Positions 1 through 10,274 of a stretch of 64,000 nucleotides of DNA are shown one piece after another. The notes under the pieces are model-generated. The model was not told the origin of the DNA. It saw only the letters and a list, made by a program, of their open reading frames with translations, and searched no databases. Where the stretch lies: the NCBI GenBank assembly GCA_040876345.1, contig JBBDPM010000006.1, positions 182,431-246,430 of the forward strand, written 5' to 3'. The translations under genes and the position numbers were made by a program. Every line of letters begins with the position of its first letter. Position 1 is the stretch's first letter. This stretch comes from Candidatus Woykebacteria bacterium. Lineage in GTDB: Bacteria; Patescibacteriota; Microgenomatia; Woykebacterales; RBG-16-39-9b.

Positions 1-89
1 TTATCGAAAATATAGCTGTCGCTACCAGTATCTCGATTAAAGAAAACCCTTTTTTTCCAAGGACGAGTCTTTGTTTCATAATTAGTAAC

Positions 90-1481
90 CTAGGGAATAA
101 CTGTAAACCCATTATTTTGAGTTGCCGTTTTACCGCCCGGCTCTGCAACAACTAAATTCCAATTCCCAGCTGCTACCCCAACTAAACTAAACTCCCCTGT
201 AAGTTGGTTGCCACCGCTGCTTATTACACTTGTCCCCACAACATCGGCTTCCCCTCCTTTTTTAAGCCTAACGTCGGTACCAGAAGGCAAATTGGTTCCA
301 TCAATCGTGAAGAAAACTGTAGTGCCAACCTGCCCTGTAGTAGGTGCCATACTCCTTATTGCCGGATAGGCAGCATCTTGGGTAACTACCATATTAACGG
401 TAAGCGTGCTGCCAGCTGGCAAAGACACATTCTGGTAAGGACTAGTGGTCACAATGTAGTAACCCAAAGGCACTGCGATAGAGTAACTATCCCACTCCAT
501 GTTGTTGAGAGTGATTTTTCCCCCGGAATCAGTCGCCACTGTCTGCTGAAACTTTGCTATTGCTGGATCGTCCGGATCTATCTCAAGAAAATAAGTGCGT
601 TTATCACCCCGGATTGTTAAATTAAGGCTGGCAGTAGCAGCTCCAGTCTCATTAACCGCATTTATAATCATTGTCGAGACTAGATCAATGTTCAGGGTCA
701 GGTTAGTAACTTGCTGGGAAATAATATTGAAATCTTCCGGATCTGGATCATAACCTGGAATATTATCTGGATTGGTCCCATCACTGCTAAAACCAGTTTT
801 GGTTACTTCAACATGGTAGCCACTTGAAGAATCTGGCGGCAGAAGCGGAATTTGGACAATACCATTAACATCAGTGTAGGTGGTTATATCAACATCAGGA
901 TTGGGATTGGGATTTGTGAGATGAACCTGGGCATCGGCAACTGGCTGACCTTGGGAATTTAACACTAAAAGGGCTAGGATCCCCGTGTCGCTTGATGTTT
1001 CCGCTGTCTTAGCAGCCACACTTGTAGAAACTTCCGCCAATATTCGAGAGTTTCTAAAATCCTTAATCCGAACCGTGACCTTCTTGTAATCGTAAGGGTA
1101 TAAATCTATCGGTACAGTACCTGCGGCTTTTCCATCAAAGGGATCGTCAAAATAGCTAACTAGGGTGTAAACAAAATAGGTACTGCCTTCAACCTGCATT
1201 TGTTCTTGATCTGGAAGGGTTCCAGGTGGGTAAATTGGGCCGTTGACTGTGGCCAGACTGTCGTAGGGCATGTTTCGAAGTTCCTCAACTTTTTCATTGG
1301 CTAAATTCTGAGCGTGAATTTTATCTCTAGCTAGTTGGAGTACTCTAAGGTATGAGGTTATTGTGGCGATTATTGACAGCCCTGCTAAAGCCACTATTGC
1401 CGCCGCAATCAAAATTTCAACTAAAGTGAACCCTTTTCTAGAATTGCTATGTGCTTTAAATTTAGGCAGGGGCAATTTCAT
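90..1481 (-). CDS. Type IV pilin-like protein (prepilin-type N-terminal cleavage/methylation domain) with C-terminal Ig/IPT-like domain
   Basis: N-terminus KGFTLVEILIAAAIV matches the class III signal peptide / N-methylation motif (G-F-T-L-x-E); 463 aa extracellular-type Ser/Thr/Asn-rich body. Confidence 0.7.
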   Translation of the reverse strand: MKLPLPKFKAHSNSRKGFTLVEILIAAAIVALAGLSIIATITSYLRVLQLARDKIHAQNLANEKVEELRNMPYDSLATVNGPIYPPGTLPDQEQMQVEGSTYFVYTLVSYFDDPFDGKAAGTVPIDLYPYDYKKVTVRIKDFRNSRILAEVSTSVAAKTAETSSDTGILALLVLNSQGQPVADAQVHLTNPNPNPDVDITTYTDVNGIVQIPLLPPDSSSGYHVEVTKTGFSSDGTNPDNIPGYDPDPEDFNIISQQVTNLTLNIDLVSTMIINAVNETGAATASLNLTIRGDKRTYFLEIDPDDPAIAKFQQTVATDSGGKITLNNMEWDSYSIAVPLGYYIVTTSPYQNVSLPAGSTLTVNMVVTQDAAYPAIRSMAPTTGQVGTTVFFTIDGTNLPSGTDVRLKKGGEADVVGTSVISSGGNQLTGEFSLVGVAAGNWNLVVAEPGGKTATQNNGFTVIP

Positions 1482-1542
1482 ATACTTTTAACTCTAGCCT
1501 AATTTTAACTCAAACCAAGCCGAATCTACAACTCGCAATTGA

Positions 1543-2991
1543 CTAGCGACTATCAATTAATTTTTTCAGTTTTGGTCCTTCCTTTGTATCGACCACTTCG
1601 TAGCCGGCTTTTTCGATTTGCCCGCGAATCTGATCTGCCTTTTCAAAATCGCCGGCCTTTCTCACTCCCTCTCTCTCCTCCATCAACCTAGTAACTCCAC
1701 TGGGCACTTTCGACGCCTCTTTAGCTACTTTTTCCAAACCAAGCCCCAAAACAGCATCAAATTTATATAGACTTTCCAATTTTGCACTAGCAGTATTATC
1801 ACTTTTAACAAGTTCCCAAACTACTTCTAAAGCTTTAGGCATATCCATATCGTTATTTATAGCTTCAAGAAAACGGTCCTCGTACTGAGCGCCGCCAACT
1901 TTCGATTCCGATTCCAGCGCGTAACCCGTCACCTCGCGATAAAGATTGTTCAGAGCGTTTTCGGCTGATTCCAGACTAGCCCTAGTAAAATTCAGACGAG
2001 AGCGGTAGTGGGCTGTTAAGCAAAGATAACGGAAGGACAAGGGGTTAAAGTCTTTTTGAGACAAGGTCTCTACTGTATAGACATTTCCTTCCCTTCGCGC
2101 CATTTTTTTGCCCTCCACTAGGAGAAAACCGCCGTGGAGCCAAAAATTGACGAATTTTTTGCCAGTTGCTGATTCACTCTGAGCAATTTCATCTTCATGA
2201 TGGGGGAAAATATTATCTTCCCCACCGGTGTGAATATCGATGGTACGAGCCCTCTCACTAATGAGTCGATCATCTTCAAAAGCTTCACCCAAAAGCTTCA
2301 AGGACATTGCTGAGCATTCAATATGCCAGCCGGGAAAACCCTCTCCCCAAGGGCTAGCCCATTTCATAGTGCGACCAGCCTCGGCCTTTTTCCAAAGGGC
2401 AAAATCAGCTGAATCCTTTTTATCGGTTTCGGATGATACTCGCACGGCTTCAAGAAGCTTAGCCATCTTCTCAACTGTATTACCCGACAGCCGACCATAA
2501 TTAGTAAATTTTTTAACATCGAAGTATATATTACCTTCGGTTTCGTAGGCAAAACCTTTTTCCAAAAGAGCTTTGGTAATCTCAACCATCTCCTTTATAT
2601 ATTCAGTGGCCTTAGGAAAAGTGTCGGCCGGTAAAATATTCAACCTTTTTTCATCATCAAAAAACTGCTTGGTATATCCTTCAGCGATTTCCTGAGGGGT
2701 TTTACCTTGTTTGAGGGCTTCGGCGATCACCGGGTCAATCTGAGTTTGACTGGCCCCGTCAGTACGCATATGGCCAACATCAGTAATATTTTTGATATGG
2801 CGCACTTTATAGCCATTGTAGATAAGGACTCTTTTGAGAATATCGGCAGACAAGTAAGTACGCAGATTTCCAATGTGAATGTCCCGATAAACTGTGGGCC
2901 CACAAGAATAAATTCGAACTTCTGATTTACCAACCGACACAAATTTCTCTTTTTTACGAGTGAGAGTGTTGGTTAGATTAACCTCAACCAT
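1543..2991 (-). CDS. cysS: Cysteinyl-tRNA synthetase
   Basis: [17 protein letters not shown] (HIGH motif), KMARREGN (KMSKS variant), Cys-tRNA synthetase-like layout. Start moved to internal ATG ([17 protein letters not shown]), which matches the canonical CysRS N-terminus; the upstream 24 codons are unlikely. Confidence 0.9.
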   Translation of the reverse strand: MVEVNLTNTLTRKKEKFVSVGKSEVRIYSCGPTVYRDIHIGNLRTYLSADILKRVLIYNGYKVRHIKNITDVGHMRTDGASQTQIDPVIAEALKQGKTPQEIAEGYTKQFFDDEKRLNILPADTFPKATEYIKEMVEITKALLEKGFAYETEGNIYFDVKKFTNYGRLSGNTVEKMAKLLEAVRVSSETDKKDSADFALWKKAEAGRTMKWASPWGEGFPGWHIECSAMSLKLLGEAFEDDRLISERARTIDIHTGGEDNIFPHHEDEIAQSESATGKKFVNFWLHGGFLLVEGKKMARREGNVYTVETLSQKDFNPLSFRYLCLTAHYRSRLNFTRASLESAENALNNLYREVTGYALESESKVGGAQYEDRFLEAINNDMDMPKALEVVWELVKSDNTASAKLESLYKFDAVLGLGLEKVAKEASKVPSGVTRLMEEREGVRKAGDFEKADQIRGQIEKAGYEVVDTKEGPKLKKLIDSR

Positions 2992-3076
2992 GAAACTATT
3001 ATACCAACATAAATCACTTTGTGATAATATTTGCTTGACGAGCAAGGAAAGAGCAAGGATCAACAGGAGGAGACCG

Positions 3077-3340
3077 ATGACAAATCAAAACTCACGAGCA
3101 CCGCGTTTCGCGGTCTGGAGTGTCTTCGTGCTATTACCTATGGTCATGGCTCTAGGAGTCCTAGCAATCATGCGGGACGGAACGTTCGGAGACCTACCAG
3201 TCTATGCCTACCCCATCGTCGGGTCAGTACTAGCGGTGGTGGTAGTGGCGATAGCGGCCTTCATGTTCAGGGTCTTCCTGGGAGACTTAGCCCCAGGAGC
3301 GAACAGTAGAACCAAGACGTGCAACGGATCCGCCAGCTAA
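3077..3340 (+). CDS. Small 2-TM membrane protein (hypothetical), on GC-rich island
   Basis: AGGAGG 6 nt upstream of ATG at 3077; two hydrophobic helices (WSVFVLLPMVMALGVLAI / IVGSVLAVVVVAIAAFMF). The ORF-track start at 2960 would overlap cysS. Confidence 0.45.
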   Translation: MTNQNSRAPRFAVWSVFVLLPMVMALGVLAIMRDGTFGDLPVYAYPIVGSVLAVVVVAIAAFMFRVFLGDLAPGANSRTKTCNGSAS

Positions 3341-3364
3341 CGCTGGTTAGGAAGGAGTCGGTCG

Positions 3365-4132
3365 ATGGATTCGCCAATACGACAGGTGGCTGAATTGCTG
3401 AGAGCATCCAGTAGCATCTTGTTCATCACCGGTGCTGGACTTTCGGCAGACTCGGGGCTCCCAACCTACCGAGGAATCGGTGGGTTATACGAGAAGAAAG
3501 TAACCGACGAGAAGATCCCGATCTACGAAGCCCTGTCAGGTAGGATGTTCCGCGAGGATCCAAGCGTGCTCTGGAGATACCTCGCCCAGGTGGAACAACC
3601 AAAGCGCAGTGCCAAACCGAATCGCGGACACGAGGTAATCGCTCAATTCGAGAGTCGAAAAGAGCGGGTGTGGGTCTTGACACAAAACGTCGACGGTTTT
3701 CACACAGCCGCTGGATCAAGAAACGTGATTGAGATCCACGGTAACATACACAACCTGATGTGCACGTCACCATTATGCGCCTACTCTGCACAGGTACAAG
3801 ACTACGCAGCGCTCCTCGAATTACCACCGAAATGTCCAGAGTGCAGAGGAGTCATAAGGCCAGATGTGGTGTTGTTCGGGGAAGAATTACCCGAACGTCA
3901 AGCCGCGGTGATGGAACGGGAGCTGGAGCAGGGCTTCGAAGTCATCGTCTCCGTCGGGACTTCGAGCGTGTTTCCCTACATCTTCGAACCAATTCTCGAG
4001 GCGGAGAGACGCGGTATCAAAACCGCCGAGATAAACCCTGCTGAAACTCAAATGTCGCCACTTGTCGACATCTGGATTGCTGAAAGAGCCGCAAAAGCTC
4101 TAGACGCGATCTGGGAGATCATGCGGAGTTAG
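3365..4132 (+). CDS. Sir2-family NAD-dependent protein deacetylase (CobB-like sirtuin)
   Basis: GAGLSADSGLPTYRG (sirtuin NAD motif), TQNVDGFH, catalytic HG (IEIHGNIH), Zn ribbon CTSPLC...CPECRG; GGAGT RBS; GC-rich. Confidence 0.85.
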   Translation: MDSPIRQVAELLRASSSILFITGAGLSADSGLPTYRGIGGLYEKKVTDEKIPIYEALSGRMFREDPSVLWRYLAQVEQPKRSAKPNRGHEVIAQFESRKERVWVLTQNVDGFHTAAGSRNVIEIHGNIHNLMCTSPLCAYSAQVQDYAALLELPPKCPECRGVIRPDVVLFGEELPERQAAVMERELEQGFEVIVSVGTSSVFPYIFEPILEAERRGIKTAEINPAETQMSPLVDIWIAERAAKALDAIWEIMRS

Positions 4133-4663
4133 TGCGATCTTAAGCCGGTAAGGATTGAGAGCGATGTGGATGCGGGTAAGGGTACTCATCTTACTAGCCT
4201 CATACCTCGGCGGTCAGCATAGGATTCTACACTAACGTACGCGACAAGGATGTGGACAGCTTAGTCCTGTCCTCTATCCTACTGACGGCTCTAATTGCGG
4301 CGGCAACCTGGTTCGTGAAAGACCAGCAGTAACAAACCCAGCCAAGGCTGGAGGAAAGGAGGGATGTGAGACGGGAAAAGTAGATCAACCATCAGGGCTC
4401 CCAAAAGGCTTCATCCCCCAGGAGCTTGCGCGTAGAGTCCGAATCTACCGCAGGATGGGCTACAGCTTTGAGTACATTGCCGACTACGTGTACACAAAGC
4501 GCCTCGGCCGGCCGGTCACGGCTGCTCAGCTTCGCAAGTTGCTGCGCTTTCTTAGGGTGCCCGTCCGAGCCAGTAGCATTAACGGTAAACACCCGCACTA
4601 GGTGCCGCGCGAGTCCCATCCTCTCGCGGCACCCCGTCTTAGATTCCACATCCAAGCTCAAGT

Positions 4664-5581
4664 TCAGAGCCAATGTTTTTTCTTGAGAAAGACAAATGTT
4701 GCAATGAGGAAAAGAAGCATTAGGGCAAGGAGGGCGTCAAAAGCATAAGGGGATTTCTGGAAAGGCAGCGCTACATTCATACTGTATATTCCGTTTATCA
4801 ACACAATGGGGAGAAGTATTAGGTTTATTATGGTGAAAATCTTTATAACTTCGTTGCTAACTGTGTTCAATATCGCTGCATGAGAATCATTCAATCCTTC
4901 CACCACTTCTTTTTGTTCTTCAAGGTTGGTCCAAAGCTTTTCAATGTGGTCCACAAGATCATCGAAATAAATATCCGCAGCCCGCAGCCCCAATTTATCA
5001 ATAGCAGCTTCAAGATTTACAAGGACCACTCGTTGCGGGCTGATAATTTTTCGATAATTTAAAACGTTCCTTCGCTCAATCGCTATCTCTTCAACTAGCT
5101 TTGAGGATCCTCCCTCTTGCTCGAAAATTTTATCTTCCAAAATATCCAAATTTACATCAATTTTATAAAGTATGGGAAACGAGTAATCAAGAAGCGCATT
5201 AAGAATGTTATAAACTAAGTAGCTAACGTCTTTTCCAAATGTCTCACTTCTCTTTTTCTTATCATCTAGAGCGTCCTCCACCAAATTGTTTAAGGGCTTA
5301 AGGCGGCCATCGTGAAGCGTGACTACGTAGTCTTTACCCACGAACATATCTACCTCGGAAGAGATAATTTTACGGCTTCTTTTCTCAAAAACGGGAAAAT
5401 GAAGCACTATAAAAAGGTGGTCGTCAAACTCATCTATTTTTGGTCGTTGGGTTGGCGAGAGAGTATCCTCCAAAGTTAGCGGGTGAAATTGGGGGAATTC
5501 ATTGTGGATTTTCTCAATATCCCCCTTTGAAGGATGCTCAACGTCAATCCAACGAAGGCCTTCACCAATAATCTCGCGCAT
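4664..5581 (-). CDS. corA: CorA-family Mg2+/Co2+ transporter
   Basis: Cytoplasmic N-domain plus two C-terminal TM helices with YSMNV (variant of the CorA YGMNF signature) in the loop before the last helix. Confidence 0.75.
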   Translation of the reverse strand: MREIIGEGLRWIDVEHPSKGDIEKIHNEFPQFHPLTLEDTLSPTQRPKIDEFDDHLFIVLHFPVFEKRSRKIISSEVDMFVGKDYVVTLHDGRLKPLNNLVEDALDDKKKRSETFGKDVSYLVYNILNALLDYSFPILYKIDVNLDILEDKIFEQEGGSSKLVEEIAIERRNVLNYRKIISPQRVVLVNLEAAIDKLGLRAADIYFDDLVDHIEKLWTNLEEQKEVVEGLNDSHAAILNTVSNEVIKIFTIINLILLPIVLINGIYSMNVALPFQKSPYAFDALLALMLLFLIATFVFLKKKHWL

Positions 5582-6692
5582 AATAGCCTCCGTCTAAAAC
5601 TTATCTTAACCTATGAATTATACCCGTTTTATACGCATCAAAGCAAGTTGGGGTTAAAAAATGTGATTTGCGCGAGGCGGGACAAGGTAATTAAACCCAG
5701 TCCTCAACCTCGCGCAGAGTGCGGGGCGCAGTTCACAGGCTAGTGGCCCCGGAATAATCCTGGCGAGGAGCAACCCTTGGAGCCGACACGAAACAGATCG
5801 GGTCACCCCTCGCCTTGGTGGGGACAGATCTTGTAGCCCAGGGGAGATAAAGGCCCAATAATCTGCCCGGTGAGATCACATCCTGGGGCTCCTAGGTCTC
5901 AGAAGTGATCTTCACCTACGGATCAGTGTTCCTCTTTTGGGGCAGTTCTACCTCTCGTGGAGAGGAGTGAGGATCACTAACCCGAGAGCGTGGGTCGGAG
6001 GGCGGTTATACGGTGTCCCCGCGCCACCTAACAACCCACTTCCCCAACAAACTGCGGAGAAAGCTTGCAGCTTCCTTGCAGGTGCTCTCAAATTGATCTC
6101 CCGCCAATAATTACTTATATCTCAATTAAAAAGCTACCACAGGAAAAAGTCAATGATTAGGTTGTTTGGTTGGGGTGTGGGTTTATTTATAACAAGGTGG
6201 TTAAACAAATAGATCGAGGGCAAGCTTCCTGGCGGAGAACTTGCCCCCAAGCGGTCTTTCCTTGACCCAATTTCCTCCGCAACCGTTATGTCACACTACT
6301 TGACTTCCGTTCCATCTATCAGGATGAACGGTTGTGTAACGGCTGCGGCGGCTACGGCGGGCGGGCTAGGTGGCTACGTTGAGGACGAATGCAACGCATA
6401 CCACACCTCCTCTCCTGTGTGATGTCCCAGCGAGAGTGGAGGGGAGATTAGAGCGGTGGCTAAAGATCCCTCTCACTGAGTCGATCTTGATGCACGTAAT
6501 TCGCGGTCAACCTCCTACCGAGAAGTAGTTGTGCTTCCCTGGCTCGGTTCAATGAGGTTCATCTCTCGATGGGCGCACTCCTCCTTTCATCTGCTGCACG
6601 CTTGCCCTTCCTAACAAGACACGCTGCAGAGGGTCAACCTGACTTTACACTTATATTTCTTATGATTATGAAGATCAACGAACAAGATAAAT

Positions 6693-7136
6693 TTAAGAAA
6701 GTTTCTTGCGGACGATGCTGGAAACTGCACCCATGTCTGCTTTCCCTTTGAGGTCTTGGGAAAGCTTACCCATCACCTTACCCATGTCGGCAATTGTAGA
6801 AGACAAAGTTTCTTTAATTGCAGAGACAACCATTTTTTCTATTTCTGAATCTGATATTTGTTCAGGAAGATATTCTTGCAAAATAGCAAGTTCTTGCTTT
6901 TCTTTTTCAGCTAAGTCCTCTCTTCCCCCTTGACTGTAACCCTCAATCGATTCTTTTCTTTGTTTCACTTGTTTTTGGAGTACTTCTAGCACCTCTTCAT
7001 CAGAAAGTTCTCTCCCCTTTTCAATTTTAGCGTTGTGGGCCGCGGAAACTAACAAACGCAGTGTAGAAAGCCTCAATTCGTCTTTCTCTCTGAGAGCTTT
7101 TTTTATGTCTTCTTGAATTTTTTCTAAAAGGTTCAT
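6693..7136 (-). CDS. yqeY: GatB/YqeY domain protein
   Basis: 147 aa; typical YqeY helical-repeat sequence (LRLSTLRLLVSAAHNAKIEKGRELSDEEVLEVLQK...). Confidence 0.75.
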   Translation of the reverse strand: MNLLEKIQEDIKKALREKDELRLSTLRLLVSAAHNAKIEKGRELSDEEVLEVLQKQVKQRKESIEGYSQGGREDLAEKEKQELAILQEYLPEQISDSEIEKMVVSAIKETLSSTIADMGKVMGKLSQDLKGKADMGAVSSIVRKKLS

Positions 7137-7699
7137 ATTTTGTTTAATATTTCGTCAATTTTTATATATAACTCTTTAATTGTACCATCATTTTTCAATT
7201 TAAAATCGGCTATTTGCATCATCTTTAATGTTTGCTGACCAAAATCAAAACTTTCGTCAAGGTCCCTTGTGTCCATTTTCAAAAATTCTTGCCAATTTTT
7301 TGGATCTCTCTCACTGCTCCTTTCTTTCATTCGTTCGAATCGAACTTTTTTTGGTGCGCCGATGGAAATTAAATAGACCCTTCCCTTGCTGCGGAAAAAC
7401 TCTACTTCTCCAGTGTTCCGGAGCCCATCAATTACTACATTTTTATCTTCTTCTTTTATTTTTTCCCAAGTTTCATCTGCTAAAACACTCTGACCAAATT
7501 TTTTGCGCAGGGCATTACCACCATCTTGCAGCTCTTCTCGGCTCATATCTTGCTTTCCATATTTTTCACGAATTACGTTAGAAAGCCGAAAGCTCGTGAA
7601 TCCTTTTTCCGAAACCAAATATTCCACAAGTGTGCTCTTCCCAACACCTAAAGACCCAACAACCCCAATGATCATATTAATATTCTCTACGTCCTTCAA
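7133..7699 (-). CDS. P-loop nucleotide kinase (dephospho-CoA kinase / adenylate kinase-like)
   Basis: Walker A IIGVVGSLGVGKST at N-terminus; 188 aa; overlaps recR stop. Confidence 0.55.
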   Translation of the reverse strand: MKDVENINMIIGVVGSLGVGKSTLVEYLVSEKGFTSFRLSNVIREKYGKQDMSREELQDGGNALRKKFGQSVLADETWEKIKEEDKNVVIDGLRNTGEVEFFRSKGRVYLISIGAPKKVRFERMKERSSERDPKNWQEFLKMDTRDLDESFDFGQQTLKMMQIADFKLKNDGTIKELYIKIDEILNKI

Positions 7700-8273
7700 C
7701 CGCCCGCGTCAATGTAACTTCATCTGCATATTCCAAATCCCCACCAACCGGTAAACCTCGAGCAATACGAGTAACTTGTACTCCAAGAGGAGAGATTAAT
7801 TTTTGGACATACATGGCTGTGGATTCCCCCTCAACCGATGGGTTGGTTGCAAGGATAACTTCTTTCACTTCCCCATTTTTTAATCGTGGCAAAAGTTCCC
7901 TGATGTGAAGTTCATCCGGCCCAATATTGTCAAGTGGAGCGATTGCTCCGTGAAGGACGTGATAAAGGCCGTTGTACGAATGGGAGCGCTCAAGGGCCAA
8001 AACATCTAGCGGCTCTTCCACAACCATTATCTGTGATTTGTCTCTGCCTTTTGATGCGCAAATACTGCACGGGTCTTCCTCGGCGATGTTAAAACAGGTT
8101 GAGCAAATGATTGTATTTTCTTTTAATTCAGCTACAGCAGCTGCTAAGCTTGCGGAAAATTCCTTTGGGGCGTGAAGCAAGTAGTAAGTGAGCCTTTGAG
8201 CAGATTTTGGCCCGATTCCGGGAAGTTTTTCAAACTCGGCAATAGAAGCTTCAACTGATTTTGGAAGTTTCAT
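7677..8273 (-). CDS. recR: Recombination protein RecR
   Basis: HhH N-terminus (LPGIGPKSAQRL), C4 zinc finger CSTCFNIAEEDPCSIC, Toprim domain. Confidence 0.9.
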   Translation of the reverse strand: MKLPKSVEASIAEFEKLPGIGPKSAQRLTYYLLHAPKEFSASLAAAVAELKENTIICSTCFNIAEEDPCSICASKGRDKSQIMVVEEPLDVLALERSHSYNGLYHVLHGAIAPLDNIGPDELHIRELLPRLKNGEVKEVILATNPSVEGESTAMYVQKLISPLGVQVTRIARGLPVGGDLEYADEVTLTRAVEGRREY

Positions 8274-8288
8274 GAAGATAATTATACA

Positions 8289-9212
8289 CTAGCTGTATTT
8301 TTTGGAAAACCATGCATAGACTATTTTTGTGACTCTTAGACCAAATTTCTTCCCTTCTTCGTGGCTAGGATTATTGCGAGAAAAGAAGCTTACTAGGTAC
8401 GAAAAATTATCGGTCTCGACAATTCCTGAGTCGTGAAAAACTTCAGAAGAGACTGCGTCAATGTAGCCTGATTTATGATACAAGGCGTCTCCCTGGGAAG
8501 CATATATTACCTTCACATCTGGCAAGGTTGAATACTGCAGGGCTTTCTTGGTTGAATCTTTGTTTAAAAGCTCCCCTCGATACAATTTTTGCCAAAATAA
8601 ATTGGCATCCCTGGTACTCATTGCGTTTGACCCAATTCTTAATCTGGGCAGGGGGTTTTTAGTACCATCTTCAAAACCATGGATAAAGAGAGTGTCATAC
8701 AGGCCAATTTCCGCAGGTAAAAGCGATAATTTTTCGATACCTACTTCTCTAATTAAAGCGTTTGCTGCTTGGTTGGAAGAAATACTCATCATGCTCTTTA
8801 TCAAAGGAGCAGTCTCTGCAAAACTATATTTACCCTCCTCAATGTCTTTAAAAACACCAACCAATATTAAAAATTTTATAGTGCTTGCCGGGTAAAAACT
8901 CTTATCCTGCCCAACTTCTGCCGAAAATAAACTTTTTAGATCGGTTACCGAAATAGCCACATCTCCTTTATACTTGGCAACTTCAGCCTGCAGGATTTTT
9001 TGTAATGGCAAAAGATCATTTTCAATTATTTGCAGTGGCGCCGAATTTAATACTTGGGTAGGTGAAAGATCGCCATTTTCGACTATTTTTTCTGGTTCTT
9101 TTACCGAGAGCTTAAAAACCAATAATATCAGGAGAAATATTAAGGCAGCGGCAATGAAAATTAATCTGCGAGACATTGAGAAGATTAAACTAGAAAGAAG
9201 CCTAAAAAGCAA
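8289..9212 (-). CDS. Membrane-anchored serine hydrolase, class A beta-lactamase / PBP-like
   Basis: N-terminal TM; SxxK (ASTIKF), SxN (SISSNQ), KSG (HKSGY) motifs. Confidence 0.6.
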   Translation of the reverse strand: MLFRLLSSLIFSMSRRLIFIAAALIFLLILLVFKLSVKEPEKIVENGDLSPTQVLNSAPLQIIENDLLPLQKILQAEVAKYKGDVAISVTDLKSLFSAEVGQDKSFYPASTIKFLILVGVFKDIEEGKYSFAETAPLIKSMMSISSNQAANALIREVGIEKLSLLPAEIGLYDTLFIHGFEDGTKNPLPRLRIGSNAMSTRDANLFWQKLYRGELLNKDSTKKALQYSTLPDVKVIYASQGDALYHKSGYIDAVSSEVFHDSGIVETDNFSYLVSFFSRNNPSHEEGKKFGLRVTKIVYAWFSKKYS

Positions 9213-9278
9213 GAAAGAACGAAGTTAGGCCTCAAATAAACGCCAAAGGGCACCCGAAGCTTTAGCAAAGGGTGCCCC

Positions 9279-10241
9279 TCAAGAACCTTCTGGCCAGACT
9301 CGCGCCATCGGTATCCAACTCTCTGGAGCTTTCCGGATCTGCTCCTCAATTGGAACAAGCATGGCCATCGTTAGTGAAACTGGGTTGTCTTGATACTCGG
9401 CAGGATCGATTGGCGGGTGAAGTGTTGCCCTATATCTCCCCGCATCTTGCCTCTCCCAAGTACCCGGAATTACAAGACAACCTTTTGCCTTTAGGGCGAT
9501 CTTTGCTGCGCCGGTGGGCATTAGAGTAGGGCGGCCAAGAAAGGTCATTTCCGCCCCAGTACCCTGGATATCCCGATCGATCAGCATGACAACCACACCG
9601 CCATCACTGAGGCGCCTTCGCATCTCGACTAAAGTCTGGCGACTTAGGGGTCTAGCCTTGACACCTCCGCAGTTCTGAAGCTCCTCTGCCCTAGCCGCAA
9701 GCCTAGGACTTGGTATAGGCTCTATTGGGCAAAGCAGATCTACCCCCTCGGCCACCAGCTTGTGAGGAATTCTGTAGACACCCGCGAAGTGAGCACCGGC
9801 TATCAGCACTCCCCGCCCGGAAGCCTGAGCCTCTCTGAGGTACTCAATGCCCTCAAGTTGCACATCAGACCGGATACGCTCAAGATCTATCCTGGGAATC
9901 AGACCCATGTCGACCCATGTTCTTGTCGCCGCCCTTTGCGAGGCTCGAGCGCTCCGGCGCCAGGTCGATGGATCCTCAACTCCCTTCCCCTGCCAAACAC
10001 AGGCCATGTTAGCAGTTGTTTCACGGCGAACGGAGGGCGAAAGCCACCAAGTAACCTCGGCTACCACCGGGCAAAGAACTCCGTAGGACAATAGGCTGGG
10101 CAGGTATTCCACCAGGTACGAGAGTAGGTAGATGGCCCAGTTTCGCCAGGCAGCTGTCTGCCTTTTGTTTGCTCCTATCTTCACAGGCAATCCTCCCTTC
10201 CAGAAATGCGTGTCTTTCAGAAAGTTTGCTTGCCTGTGCAA
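9279..10241 (-). CDS. Lysophospholipid acyltransferase superfamily protein (HtrB/LpxL/PatA-like), GC-rich
   Basis: 320 aa; overall similarity to lipid A / PIM late acyltransferases (N-terminal membrane anchor, AGAHFAGVY region). About 57% GC versus about 40% in neighbours. Confidence 0.5.
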   Translation of the reverse strand: MHRQANFLKDTHFWKGGLPVKIGANKRQTAAWRNWAIYLLSYLVEYLPSLLSYGVLCPVVAEVTWWLSPSVRRETTANMACVWQGKGVEDPSTWRRSARASQRAATRTWVDMGLIPRIDLERIRSDVQLEGIEYLREAQASGRGVLIAGAHFAGVYRIPHKLVAEGVDLLCPIEPIPSPRLAARAEELQNCGGVKARPLSRQTLVEMRRRLSDGGVVVMLIDRDIQGTGAEMTFLGRPTLMPTGAAKIALKAKGCLVIPGTWERQDAGRYRATLHPPIDPAEYQDNPVSLTMAMLVPIEEQIRKAPESWIPMARVWPEGS

Positions 10242-10274
10242 ATTATATTAGATTTACTCAAAAAATGGAAACAT

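Noticed and set aside
2960-3340. ORF-track call starting at 2960 for the small membrane protein
   Set aside because: It would overlap the cysS 5' end on the opposite strand. An AGGAGG RBS supports the internal ATG at 3077 instead.
3365-4132. Sir2 as a bona fide anti-phage NADase effector
   Set aside because: It has the complete sirtuin deacetylase signature including the 4-Cys zinc ribbon and catalytic His. Defence-type Sir2 domains usually lack these. Kept only as a low-probability alternative.
4383-4610. Open frame encoding ...GFIPQELARRVRIYRRMGYSFEYIADYVYTKRLGRPVTAAQLRKLLRFLRVPV... (HTH-like)
   Set aside because: No ATG/GTG/TTG start giving more than 48 aa. Possibly a gene fragment, mentioned only in the Sir2-island finding.
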